Below, piece after piece: positions 54,644-64,000 of a DNA stretch of 64,000 bases. This DNA comes from Nitrospirota bacterium. Lineage in GTDB: Bacteria; Nitrospirota; JACRHJ01. Position 1 is the stretch's first letter. Every line of letters starts with the position of its first letter. Below the pieces are notes generated by a model. The model was not told the DNA's origin and searched no databases. It saw only the letters and a list, made by a program, of their open reading frames with translations. The position numbers and the translations under genes were made by a program. The stretch lies in NCBI GenBank assembly GCA_963733375.1, contig CAVTDB010000026.1, positions 288,001 through 352,000 on the forward strand, given 5' to 3'.

Positions 54644-56036
54644 ATGAGTTATTATGAGCAGTTGCGAAATTATACTATTACGCAGGCGGCGGACGCCTTG
54701 CTGGGGATTCTCGGCAACAGTTCAGACGAAAATGTCATCCGGTTCACCTACCTGGCCGAAAAATTCGCCAAAAAAGAGAAGTACGTCAAGGCGATAAGGG
54801 AGATCCGGAAGATGTTCATGGACGGCCACCCGAGTCTGCAGGTGGCGAAGAAGATAATCCGGGAGACCCACCCGAACGTCCGCAAGAGGCTGGTGAAGAC
54901 GTTCATAGTCGGCCAGTTGCTGGTAGGCACGAACAAGCGGAAGGCGTTTCAGGACGAAGGGGGCGGTTTCTATCCGCCCGGCCTGTATGTCATCTCGCCC
55001 TCGATGCGCTGCAACTTGAACTGCTTCGGCTGCTACGCCGGCAGCTATAAAAAGACCGAAGAACTGTCGTTCGATGAAGTTGACGGCGTCATAAACCAGA
55101 TGAAGGAGATGGGCGTTTACTTCTGCGTCGTCTCCGGCGGAGAGCCGTTCTTCCGGAAGGACCTGCTGGAAATTTTCGAAAAGCACCACGACGTTGCGTT
55201 CCTGGTTTTCACCCACGGCGGACTTTTAGACGAGACGCTTGTAAAGAAGGTGGCCGAACTTGGCAACGTCCTGCCCTGCATAAGCCTTGAAGGGTTCGAG
55301 GAGGAGACCGACCTCCGGCGCGGCAAGGGGCATTTTAAAAAGGTCATGCACGCCATGGACCTCCTGAAAGAAGCGGGGGTGCTGTTCGGCTTCTCCTGCA
55401 CCGCTACCCGCAAGAACTTCGAGACCATCACCTCGGACAAGCTACTATGACCTTATGATCGAAAAGGGCTGCTCGGTGGGCTGGTTCTTCTCGTACATAC
55501 CCATAGGCAGGGAGCCGAACATCGACCTTATGCCCACGCCCCAGCAGAGAAGCACGCTCCGGGAGACGGTCTGGCGCGTCCGGCGGACGAAGCCGATACT
55601 GCTTGCTGATTTCTGGAACGACGGGCACGTCGTGGGCGGGTGCATCGCCGGCGGTAGGAAATACCTGCACATAAACGCGCACGGCGATATCGAACCCTGC
55701 GTGTTCTGCCATTTCGCCGTGGACAACATCAGGAGCACGACGATAAAAGAAGCGCTGATGTCGTCGTTCTTCAAGATGATACGCGCGCGGCAGAAGACCA
55801 ACCCGAACATGCTGACTCCGTGCATGATGATAGACAAGCCGGAGTTCGTCCGCGAATCGGTCCTGGCATCCGGGGCGCGGCCCACGCATGAGGGCGCGGA
55901 GAAGATACTGACCGACCTGGCGCCGGACCTGGACAAATACTCCGAGGAGTACTGCCGGCTCGCGGACAAGGCATGGGAGAAGATTAAGGCTGAGAAGGAA
56001 GCGTCTGAAGAGGCGTGCACGGAAGTGGAGCGGTAG
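54644..56036 (+). CDS. Radical SAM/SPASM-Twitch protein (one indel near 55450)
   Basis: CNLNCFGC, SGGEPF, DFWNDG, GGCIAGGRKYLHINAHGDIEPCVF. Confidence 0.88.
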
Positions 56037-56043
56037 GAAAAAA

Positions 56044-56119
56044 TGGTGCCGAGGCGCAGAATCGAACTGCGGACACGAGGCTTTTCAGGCCTCTGCTCTA
56101 CCAACTGAGCTACCTCGGC
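56044..56119 (-). tRNA. tRNA-Phe(GAA)
   Basis: Reverse complement GCCGAGGTAGCTCAGTTGGTAGAGCAGAGGCCTGAAAAGCCTCGTGTCCGCAGTTCGATTCTGCGCCTCGGCACCA. Confidence 0.97.
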
Positions 56120-56216
56120 ACGAGGCCAATAAATTAACAGAGCGTCCGACGGTTTGTCAAGATAAAATTATAGCAGAACGCGGGACTTTTAAAAGGCTGT
56201 ACAATTCGTCCCCGCA

Positions 56217-56989
56217 ATGAGCGCCACATACTTGAGGTATTTTTTGAAGCAGATTTCCGGAAGGCCCACGTCCCTGAAGCCCGCGCCATTTAGGTTCTGT
56301 CCGGGTTGCAGCCACGGCACTCTGCACAGGATGATCGCCCAGGCGATAGACGATTTGGGGATGCGCGAAAAGACCATCGGCATCGCGCCCGTCGGATGCG
56401 CCGTATTCGCATACGACTATTTTAATTTCGATATGCTCGAAGTCGCCCACGGACGGCCCCCGGCGGCATGCACCGGGATGAAGCGCGTCCTCCCCGACAG
56501 GCTGATATTCAGCTACCAGGGGGACGGGGACCTCGCCGCCATCGGGACCGCGGAGATTATCCACGCCGCAAACCGGGGCGAGAACTTCACGGTCATATTC
56601 GTGAACAACGCGACATACGGGATGACCGGCGGCCAGATGGCCCCCACGACGCTCATCAACCAGAAGACTACCACGACCCCAAGGGGCAGAAAACCCGAAG
56701 AGGACGGATATCCCTTGCGGGCGGCGGAGATGATAGCGACGCTTGAAGCGCCGTATTACGTGGAGCGCACCGCGATAGACTCGAAGAAAAACGTCTCAAG
56801 ACGAAGAACGCCATAAGGAAGGCCTTCGAGTACCAGCTTGCGGGCAAGGGTTTTACTTTTGTCGAGGTCCTCTCGCTGTGCCCGACGAACTGGGGGATGG
56901 AGCCCCTGAAGGCGATGGAATGGGTGGCCGGGCCGATGCAGGATGTTTTCCCGGTGAAAGTATTCAAAGACGGCGGGAAACATCTGTGA
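56217..56989 (+). CDS. 2-oxoacid:ferredoxin oxidoreductase beta subunit (one indel)
   Basis: FCPGCSHG, VGC, YQGDGDL, NNATYGMTGGQ, LSLCPTNW. Confidence 0.92.
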
Positions 56990-57522
56990 AAAGCGACGTA
57001 TTGATCGCGGGCTTCGGCGGCCAGGGAGTCCTGCTGGCGGGCAAGCTCCTGGCATGGGCCGGGATGCTGGGCGGGAAGCATGTGACATGGTTCCCTTCAT
57101 ACGGCGCGGAGATGCGCGGCGGCACCGCCAACTGCACCGTCATAATATCCGATGAAGAGATCGGCTCTCCGGTGGTGGACAGCCCCGGCGCGCTTATCGC
57201 CATGAACGAGGCCTCCGCCGTCAAGTTCTCCGATAAGGTCATACGCGGCGGGTTCATAATCCTGAATTCCTCTCTCGTCAAGACGGTCGTCAAGAGGCCG
57301 GGCAGAAAGGTATTCAAGGTGTCCGCGAACGAGATCGCGGAGGAAATAGGGAACCCGCGCGTGGTCAATATGGTCCTGCTGGGCGCATACCTGAAGGTCT
57401 CCGGCGCGGCCTCCATCGGCCATGTAACGAAGGCCCTCGAAGAATCGCTCCCGCCCAGGAACAGGCATCTCCTTCCCGCGAACATATCCGCGCTCGAAAA
57501 AGGTTTTTCCCAGGTCTGCTGA
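56986..57522 (+). CDS. 2-oxoacid:ferredoxin oxidoreductase gamma subunit
   Basis: AGFGGQG, SYGAEMRGGTA, NMVLLGA. Confidence 0.92.
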   Translation: MKSDVLIAGFGGQGVLLAGKLLAWAGMLGGKHVTWFPSYGAEMRGGTANCTVIISDEEIGSPVVDSPGALIAMNEASAVKFSDKVIRGGFIILNSSLVKTVVKRPGRKVFKVSANEIAEEIGNPRVVNMVLLGAYLKVSGAASIGHVTKALEESLPPRNRHLLPANISALEKGFSQVC

Positions 57523-57980
57523 TGATACGAAAAGCGCGAATCCAGGACGTAAAAATCATAAAGGACCTGGTCAACCGCTACGCCGAAAAGGGAGAGATGC
57601 TCCCCAGGGCGCTTGGCGAGCTGTACGACTCCGTCCGCGATTTCAGCGTCTATGAAAAAGACGGAAAGGTCATAGGCGTAGCCGCGCTCCATATCGGGTG
57701 GGAGGGCTTAGGCGAACTGCGGTCGGTGGCGGTCGCGCCGGAGCATATCGGGGAAGGCATAGGAAAAAAACTGGTCCAGGCCTGCATGGAAGAGGCGGCA
57801 AAGATGGGGGTCAGGGAAGTCTTCGTCCTCACGTACGTCCAGGAATTTTTCGATAAAATCGGGTTTCGTACGGCCAACAGAAACGACCTCCCGCAGAAGG
57901 TATGGACCGAGTGCCGGAACAAGTGCGTAAAATATCCCGACGAGTGCAACGAGACAGCGATGACCCTGAAACTCGATTGA
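57522..57980 (+). CDS. GNAT acetyltransferase, short ArgA (N-acetylglutamate synthase)-like
   Basis: GEMLPR, ELRSVAV, VFVLTY, LPQKVWTEC. Confidence 0.85.
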   Translation: MIRKARIQDVKIIKDLVNRYAEKGEMLPRALGELYDSVRDFSVYEKDGKVIGVAALHIGWEGLGELRSVAVAPEHIGEGIGKKLVQACMEEAAKMGVREVFVLTYVQEFFDKIGFRTANRNDLPQKVWTECRNKCVKYPDECNETAMTLKLD

Positions 57981-59102
57981 TGAAGGCCGGGCTTTATTTC
58001 CACGTCCCTTTCTGCGTCCGCAAGTGCCGTTACTGCTCCTTCAATTCCATCCCGTTCGATAAAGAAACCGCGAAAAAATATGTCCTGGCCATCTGCAAAG
58101 AGATGCGGATGCGGGGCGTCGGGATAGACCCCTTAAGCGTTTACGTCGGCGGCGGCACGCCCACGGTACTGCCGATGGAAAGCCTCCGTCTCCTGCTGGA
58201 GGGTATCGGAGAGTGTTTCAATCCGCCGGGCGGCATGGAATTAACCGTTGAGGCGAACCCCGGGACTTTGGGGCGGATCGATTTTTCCGCGCTTCGGGCG
58301 CTCGGGGTGAACAGGGTAAGCCTGGGCGCGCAGTCGTTCGACCCGGAGGAGCTTCGGACCCTGGGGCAGGATACACGGCCCGGGTGAGATAAAGCGGGCC
58401 GTGGAAGGCCTGCGGGCGTCCGGGATAGATAACATCAGCCTCGACCTCATCTACTCGCTTCCGGGGCAGGGCCTTAACGGGTGGCTAAGTTCGCTCGATG
58501 AAGCCATCAGCCTCTCACCCGAACACATCTCCCTCTACGATCTGTCCATCGAGGAGGGGACCGAGTTTCACGCGATGCAGAAGGCCGGACGGTTGACCCT
58601 TCCGCCGGAGACGGTGCAGGTGGAGATGTATCTCGCGGCGGTAAGCCGGCTTTCGGAAGCCGGATACGCGCGTTACGAGATTTCCAATTTCGCCCGCCCC
58701 GGCCATGAGTGCGTGCATAACCTCAACTACTGGTCCGCGGGCGATTTTATCGGTTTCGGCGCGGGCGCGCACTCGCGGACTGATGGCCATGCCGTCTGGA
58801 ATATCCCGGATGTCGCGCGGTATATCGAAAGGCTTGAAAAGGGAGAAGACGCGGCGGAGTCCTCGGAAGTCCTGACGCCCGGGGAACGGGAGCGGGAGTT
58901 TCTGATGCTTGGCTTAAGGAAGAGCGGCGGGTTTTCGCTGGAAGAATACGGGACGAAGTTCGGGAAGGATTTTCTGGATGAATATGGTGCAATAGCCATG
59001 AAGATGGCGGATGCGGGATATATGGTCATAAGCGAAGGCAAAGCCTGCCTGACGATGCGCGGAGTCCTTGCGTCAAACCGGGTAATTACGGAGTTTTTCT
59101 AA
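57980..59102 (+). CDS. hemW: Radical SAM heme chaperone HemW (one indel)
   Basis: YFHVPFCVRKCRYCSF, GGGTP, YEISNFA, HNLNYW. Confidence 0.9.
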
Positions 59103-59181
59103 GAATTTTTTTGTTTACAGCGTCATGGCCGTAGTGCTATATTATGGCACTTTAAAAGGGTGAGCATCAAGGAGGCGATTT

Positions 59182-61514
59182 TTGGTTTTTCCCCGCACCA
59201 GAAAATTTCTGTTTCTAACCATTTCCATTCTCCTCTTAGCCACAGCTCTCCCGGTTTTCGCAGCCGATGAAGGGACCAAGGATAACTGATATCCAGATAG
59301 CGGGGAACAAGAAGGTCGAGACCGATACCCTCCGCTCGAAGATGTCTATTAAAGTCGGGGACCCTTTTATCCCGTCCAAGGTCCGCCAGGACGTGGAGAG
59401 CCTCTACCGGATGGGATATTTCAGCGATATAAAGGTGGACGCGGAAGGTTATCAGGGGGGACTCAGGCTGACGTTCAACGTCGTCGAGCGGCCGATTCTC
59501 GCGTCGTTCAATTTCGAGGGGAACGAAAAACTTGAGAGCACGAAACTGAGGGAGAAGGTAAACCTCACGGCTTATTCCATATATAACCCGTCGCTGGTGG
59601 AAGAGAACGCGGAGAAGCTCCGGCTTTTCTACCAGGACGAGGGATATTACAACGCGCAGGTCCTCCCGGTAATAAAAGAGACCAAGAGGGACGTGCGGGT
59701 AATATACCAGATAAAAGAGGGCGATAAGGTACGTATAGATAAAGTTACCTTTGTCGGGAACGAAAAGATCAGCACCAAAAAAATAAAGAAGGTCATTTCC
59801 ACCAAAAAATACATCCCGCTGTGGTCCTGGGTTATGAAGACCGGGACGTATAAGGTGTTAGACCTCTCCCAGGACATCGAGAGGATAAAAGGCCTTTATT
59901 ACAACAACGGCTACATCCAGATAAACGTCGGCGAGCCCAAGGTGGACCTGTCCGCGGACAAGAAAAGCCTCTCCATCACCATACCCATCCATGAGGGCGA
60001 CCAGTTCCGCTACGGCACGATAGAAGTCTCCGGCAACAAGGTCTTTACCGACAAAGAGCTGATGGCCAAGGTCAAGAGCAAGCCGGGCGAGATCATGAAC
60101 CGGGACCTGATGAAAGACGACGTAGTCGCCCTTACCGACATGTACGGCTCAAAGGGTTATGCGTTCGCCTCGATCTCCCCGGTCATCAAGCCGGACACCG
60201 AGAAGAAGCTGGTCGACGTTACGCTGGAGGCAAGCGAGGGCGACCAGATATTCGTGAACAGGATAAACATCTCCGGGAACGTAAAGACGCGGGACAAGGT
60301 AATCCGGCGCGAGCTTAAGTTCGACGAGGGCGAGATATACGATACCACCAGCCTGAAAACGGAGCTACGACAGGCTCAAGAACCTGGACTTCTTCGAGGA
60401 CGTGCAGATCGTCCCCGAGAGGAAGGCCGAGAAGGACACGGTGGACTTGAACGTCAAGGTGAAGGAGAAATCCACCGGCTCCTTCAGCATCGGCGGCGGG
60501 TACAGCACGATAGACAGGCTGGTCGGGATAGGCGAGATCACGCAGAACAACTTCCTGGGGCTGGGCGAAATGCTTAAGTTCAAGGGAGAGTTCGGCGCGC
60601 GCACGCAGGACTTCAACTTAAGCTTTCTGGAGCCGTGGCTCCTTGACAGGCCCGTATCGCTCCGCATCGACCTCTTTAAAGAGCAAAGGACTTATACCGG
60701 CTATTCCGACAAATCCACCGGCGCGAGCCTGAGCCTTGGCCGCCGCTTCTGGGATTACTGGGGTATAACCGGCTCCTATTCCTGGTCGGACGAGAGCTAT
60801 TTCGACGTGGTGGACTCAATCTCGACCAACCCTCTCTTCCTGCAGAGCGAGGAATTCAAGACCACCGGCAAAGTCGGGCTCAATTTCTCACGGGACAGCA
60901 GGGACAACTACCTGGACCCCAGGCGGGGAAGCAACAACTCGATATACGCCGAGTACGCCGCGACAGCTCTTGGCGGCGATAACGCATTTTATAAGGTAAT
61001 AGGCGACAGCACCTGGTACTTCCCGTTCTTCTTCGACACCGCGTTCTCCATCCACGGCAGGGCCGGATATGCCGCGGGATTGCAGGGGCGCCCGCTCCCG
61101 TTGAACGAGAGGTTCTTTGTCGGCGGCATGGGCACCGTGCGGGGCCTGGACTGGGGCACCGCCGGCCCGCGTTTCCCGATTCGTGAAGCTGGAACAAAAT
61201 AACCGGCGCAACCGTGCCAATATCGGATAACGGCGACCCGAAGGGCGGCAGTAAAGGAGTTAGTATTCAACGGCGAATATACTTTCCCGCTGTTCGCCGC
61301 CGTAAAACTCAGGGGCGTGACGTTCGTGGACGCCGGAAGGGCTTTCGACGACAACGAGGGTTTCGATTTAAGCAAGCTGACATATACCGCCGGCGCCGGT
61401 TTAAGATGGACTTCTCCAATGGGGCTTATCAGGCTCGAGTATGGATACGTCCTGAACAGGAAGCAGGATGAGAGATCTGGTAAATTTGAATTTTCCATGG
61501 GGTCGATGTTTTAA
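59182..61514 (+). CDS. bamA: Outer-membrane protein assembly factor BamA (several indels)
   Basis: POTRA repeats, TRDKVIRRE, ERFFVGG..VRG, C-terminal FSMGSMF. Confidence 0.93.
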
Positions 61515-61532
61515 AAAATGGAGGTCAAGAGG

Positions 61533-62075
61533 ATGAGGAAGATAATAGTGGCAGCAACCGCGGCGCTTGTCCTTGCGGCAATGTTCTGCAGTGTGTCGTC
61601 CGCGGCTGAGATTAAACTGGGATATATAAACCTCCGCAAGGTGCAGGCGGATTCAAAAGCGGGTAAGGACGCGCTGAAGACTCTGGAGAACCTGGTCAAA
61701 GACAAGCAGACCCAGATAGAGCAGCGGAAGAACGAGATGCAGAAGATGCAGGAAGAGCTGGATAAGCAATCCGCCGTGATATCCGCGGACGAGAGGCGCC
61801 GCAGGCAGGACAAGATCCAGAGGGCGTACAAGGACTACCAGAGGTTCGGCTCCGATTCCGAAGATGAACTGTCCAAGAAGAAAGAGGAGATGGCGAACAG
61901 GATGTTCGACGAAGTCGCCGCCGTCATCGAGAAGTTCGGCAAGGAAGAGGGCTATACCCTCATCCTCGACCGTTCGGTAGTGCTGTACGCCCCGGAGGCG
62001 GTGGACATTACGGACAAGATAATCAAGGCTTACGACGACACCAAAGAAACCAACGTAAGCAAACCTAAAAAGTAA
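61533..62075 (+). CDS. skp: OmpH/Skp periplasmic chaperone
   Basis: Signal peptide, KLGYIN, GYTLILD, VDITDKII; located between bamA and lpxD. Confidence 0.9.
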   Translation: MRKIIVAATAALVLAAMFCSVSSAAEIKLGYINLRKVQADSKAGKDALKTLENLVKDKQTQIEQRKNEMQKMQEELDKQSAVISADERRRRQDKIQRAYKDYQRFGSDSEDELSKKKEEMANRMFDEVAAVIEKFGKEEGYTLILDRSVVLYAPEAVDITDKIIKAYDDTKETNVSKPKK

Positions 62076-63103
62076 TGGACAGGACACTTCAAGAACTAGC
62101 CGGCCTCGCGGGGGCCGATCTCGAAGGTGACGGCCAGGTCCGGATAAAGGGCGTTGCCAGCTTAAAAGGGGCGGGACCCGGCGAGATTACCTTCATTGCC
62201 AGCATGAAGCATGCGAAGGAATTGACCGACACCCGCGCCTCCGCGGTCATAGCCGCGCCGGGAGTGGACGTCGGCGGCAGGCCCTGCCTCCGCACGAAGA
62301 ACCCATATCTGGCCTTCGCTAAACTGCTGACTTTCTTCGCCCCGAAGACTGAAGTTCCAAAGGGCGTCATGGACGGCGCACACGTCAGCCGGGAAGCGTC
62401 GATCGGACTGGACGCGGCCATTTACTCCAACGTGTTCGTAGAGGCGGGCGCGAAAATCGGCGACCGGACCGTCCTTTATCCGGGAGTCTATGTCGGAAAA
62501 GGCTCGTCGGTAGGCGCGGACTGCATAATCTATCCCAACGTGGTCATCCGCGAAAACGTGAGGATAGGCGACCGGGTGATACTCCACGGCGGGGTAGTCA
62601 TCGGCGCGGACGGCTTCGGCTACGCGACGGACGCCGGAAAGCGCTTCAAAATCCCGCAGATAGGCGGAGTCGTTATCGAAGACGACGTGGAGATAGGCGC
62701 GAACTCGACTGTCGACCGGGGCACGCTGGGGGATACCGTCATCGGGCGCGGGACCAAGATAGACAACCTCGTCCAGATCGGGCACAACGTCCTAGTCGGC
62801 GAGGATACGATAATGGTCGCCCAGGTCGGCGTATCCGGCAGCACGCAAGTGGGGCGCCGCGTGATAATCGGGGGCCAGACGGGCCTGGTGGGCCATATAA
62901 AGATAGGGGACGGCGCGCAGATCGGCGCGAAGTCGGGCGTGATGAACGACGTGGAGGCGGGGCAGGTCTATAGCGGCTCGCCGGCGGTGCCGCACATGGA
63001 CTGGCTCAAGATGCAGGCCGCGCTCAGGAAGCTGCCGGAGTTTCGGAAGAAGATATTGGAGCTTGAGAAGAAGCTGGAAAAAAATATGCGGACGGAGGGC
63101 TAA
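62075..63103 (+). CDS. lpxD: UDP-3-O-acyl-glucosamine N-acyltransferase
   Basis: Hexapeptide repeats, [24 protein letters not shown]. Confidence 0.96.
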   Translation: MDRTLQELAGLAGADLEGDGQVRIKGVASLKGAGPGEITFIASMKHAKELTDTRASAVIAAPGVDVGGRPCLRTKNPYLAFAKLLTFFAPKTEVPKGVMDGAHVSREASIGLDAAIYSNVFVEAGAKIGDRTVLYPGVYVGKGSSVGADCIIYPNVVIRENVRIGDRVILHGGVVIGADGFGYATDAGKRFKIPQIGGVVIEDDVEIGANSTVDRGTLGDTVIGRGTKIDNLVQIGHNVLVGEDTIMVAQVGVSGSTQVGRRVIIGGQTGLVGHIKIGDGAQIGAKSGVMNDVEAGQVYSGSPAVPHMDWLKMQAALRKLPEFRKKILELEKKLEKNMRTEG

Positions 63104-63531
63104 TGCTGGACATCATCGAGATTCAGAAGATACTGCCGCATCGCTACCCCTTCCTGTACGTGGACAGGGTGCTTGAGGTCGAGCCGGGCAAGAGGTTGGT
63201 CGCCATAAAAAACGTCTCCTTCGACGAGCATTTCTTCCAGGGGCATTTCCCCGGAAAGCCGATAATGCCGGGCGTGCTGATTGTCGAGGCGTTGGCGCAG
63301 GCGTCGGGGATACTGGTCCACAAGACCGTGGAGTCCGACGACAATATGGTCTACTTCATGAGCATAGACAAGGTAAAGTTCAGAAAGCCGGTCGTCCCCG
63401 GCGACCAGCTCGTGCTCGAAGTGGAACCGCTCCAGGTCAGGGGCAAGGTGTATAAGTTCAAAGGCGAGGCCAAGGTCGACGGCAAGGTCGTCTGCGAGGC
63501 CGAGTTCATGGCCATGACCGCGAAGGAATAG
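63103..63531 (+). CDS. fabZ: 3-hydroxyacyl-ACP dehydratase
   Basis: [23 protein letters not shown]. Confidence 0.96.
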   Translation: MLDIIEIQKILPHRYPFLYVDRVLEVEPGKRLVAIKNVSFDEHFFQGHFPGKPIMPGVLIVEALAQASGILVHKTVESDDNMVYFMSIDKVKFRKPVVPGDQLVLEVEPLQVRGKVYKFKGEAKVDGKVVCEAEFMAMTAKE

Positions 63532-63540
63532 GGTCTTTTC

Positions 63541-64000
63541 ATGCAAAATATACATCCGACCGCGTTAGTGCATCCCGGGGCGGTCCTGGCCCCGGACGTC
63601 GTCGTGGGGCCTTATGCCGTCATAGAAGACGACGTGACGATAGGCGCAAGGTCGAAAATCGGCGCCCATGCCGTAATAAGGCAATACGTCGAGATAGGCG
63701 AGGACAACGAGATATACCAGTCCGCCTCCATCGGCGAAATCCCGCAGGACTTGAAGTTCGGCGGCGAGAAGTCCAGGCTCATTATCGGGAACAGGAACCG
63801 GATACGCGAGTTTACCACGATTAACCGGGGCACCGAAGGCGGCGGCGGCGCGACGGTAATAGGCGACGACTGCTTTATAATGGTCTATGCCCACATCCCG
63901 CACGACTGCCATATCGGAAACCATGTCATAATCGCGAACTCCGTGCAGATAGGCGGGCATGTCCATATAGAGGAACATGCCATCATAGGCGGGCTTACCG
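63541..64000 (+). CDS. lpxA: UDP-N-acetylglucosamine acyltransferase (partial, runs off the window)
   Basis: [36 protein letters not shown]. Confidence 0.93.
   Translation, partial: MQNIHPTALVHPGAVLAPDVVVGPYAVIEDDVTIGARSKIGAHAVIRQYVEIGEDNEIYQSASIGEIPQDLKFGGEKSRLIIGNRNRIREFTTINRGTEGGGGATVIGDDCFIMVYAHIPHDCHIGNHVIIANSVQIGGHVHIEEHAIIGGLT

Noticed and set aside
433-61514. Dozens of frameshifts suggesting pseudogenisation or programmed frameshifting
   Set aside because: They also hit core genes (smc, bamA, hemW, cydA), motifs are intact on both sides, and I saw no shared slippery site. Long-read indel error is the simplest explanation.
1-64000. CRISPR arrays, integrases, transposases, rRNA
   Set aside because: None recognised in the sequence or the ORF track.

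Overview
Chromosomal segment from a GC-rich Gram-negative bacterium. It is probably an anaerobe or microaerophile; Nitrospirota/Desulfobacterota-like is my inference from gene content. Single-base indels split dozens of genes, including smc and bamA, so I treat them as sequencing or assembly errors and merge the ORF pieces. The housekeeping backbone is purA (3' end), tRNA-Lys, PerR-rubrerythrin-cydAB, smc, gdh, trmL, tRNA-Phe, hemW and bamA-skp-lpxD-fabZ-lpxA. Three biosynthetic loci stand out. (1) An islet behind tRNA-Lys encodes an enediyne-type iterative PKS (KS-AT-ACP-KR-DH-PPTase) with an N-terminal PilZ domain and probably a fused double hot-dog thioesterase. A GGDEF-EAL gene follows, making this a candidate c-di-GMP-gated polyene synthase without enediyne accessory genes. 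(2) A roughly 18 kb PadR-headed aromatic type II PKS operon is tailored largely by O2-independent Fe-S enzymes, and three of its proteins carry the same small helical tag domain. (3) A serine-palmitoyltransferase-centred sphingolipid cluster has a reductase, a CTP-dependent lipid kinase and an Aur1/PAP2-type enzyme. Also noted are tandem NrdR-like boxes before smc, several REP-like palindrome families, and an unexplained AT-rich non-coding block.
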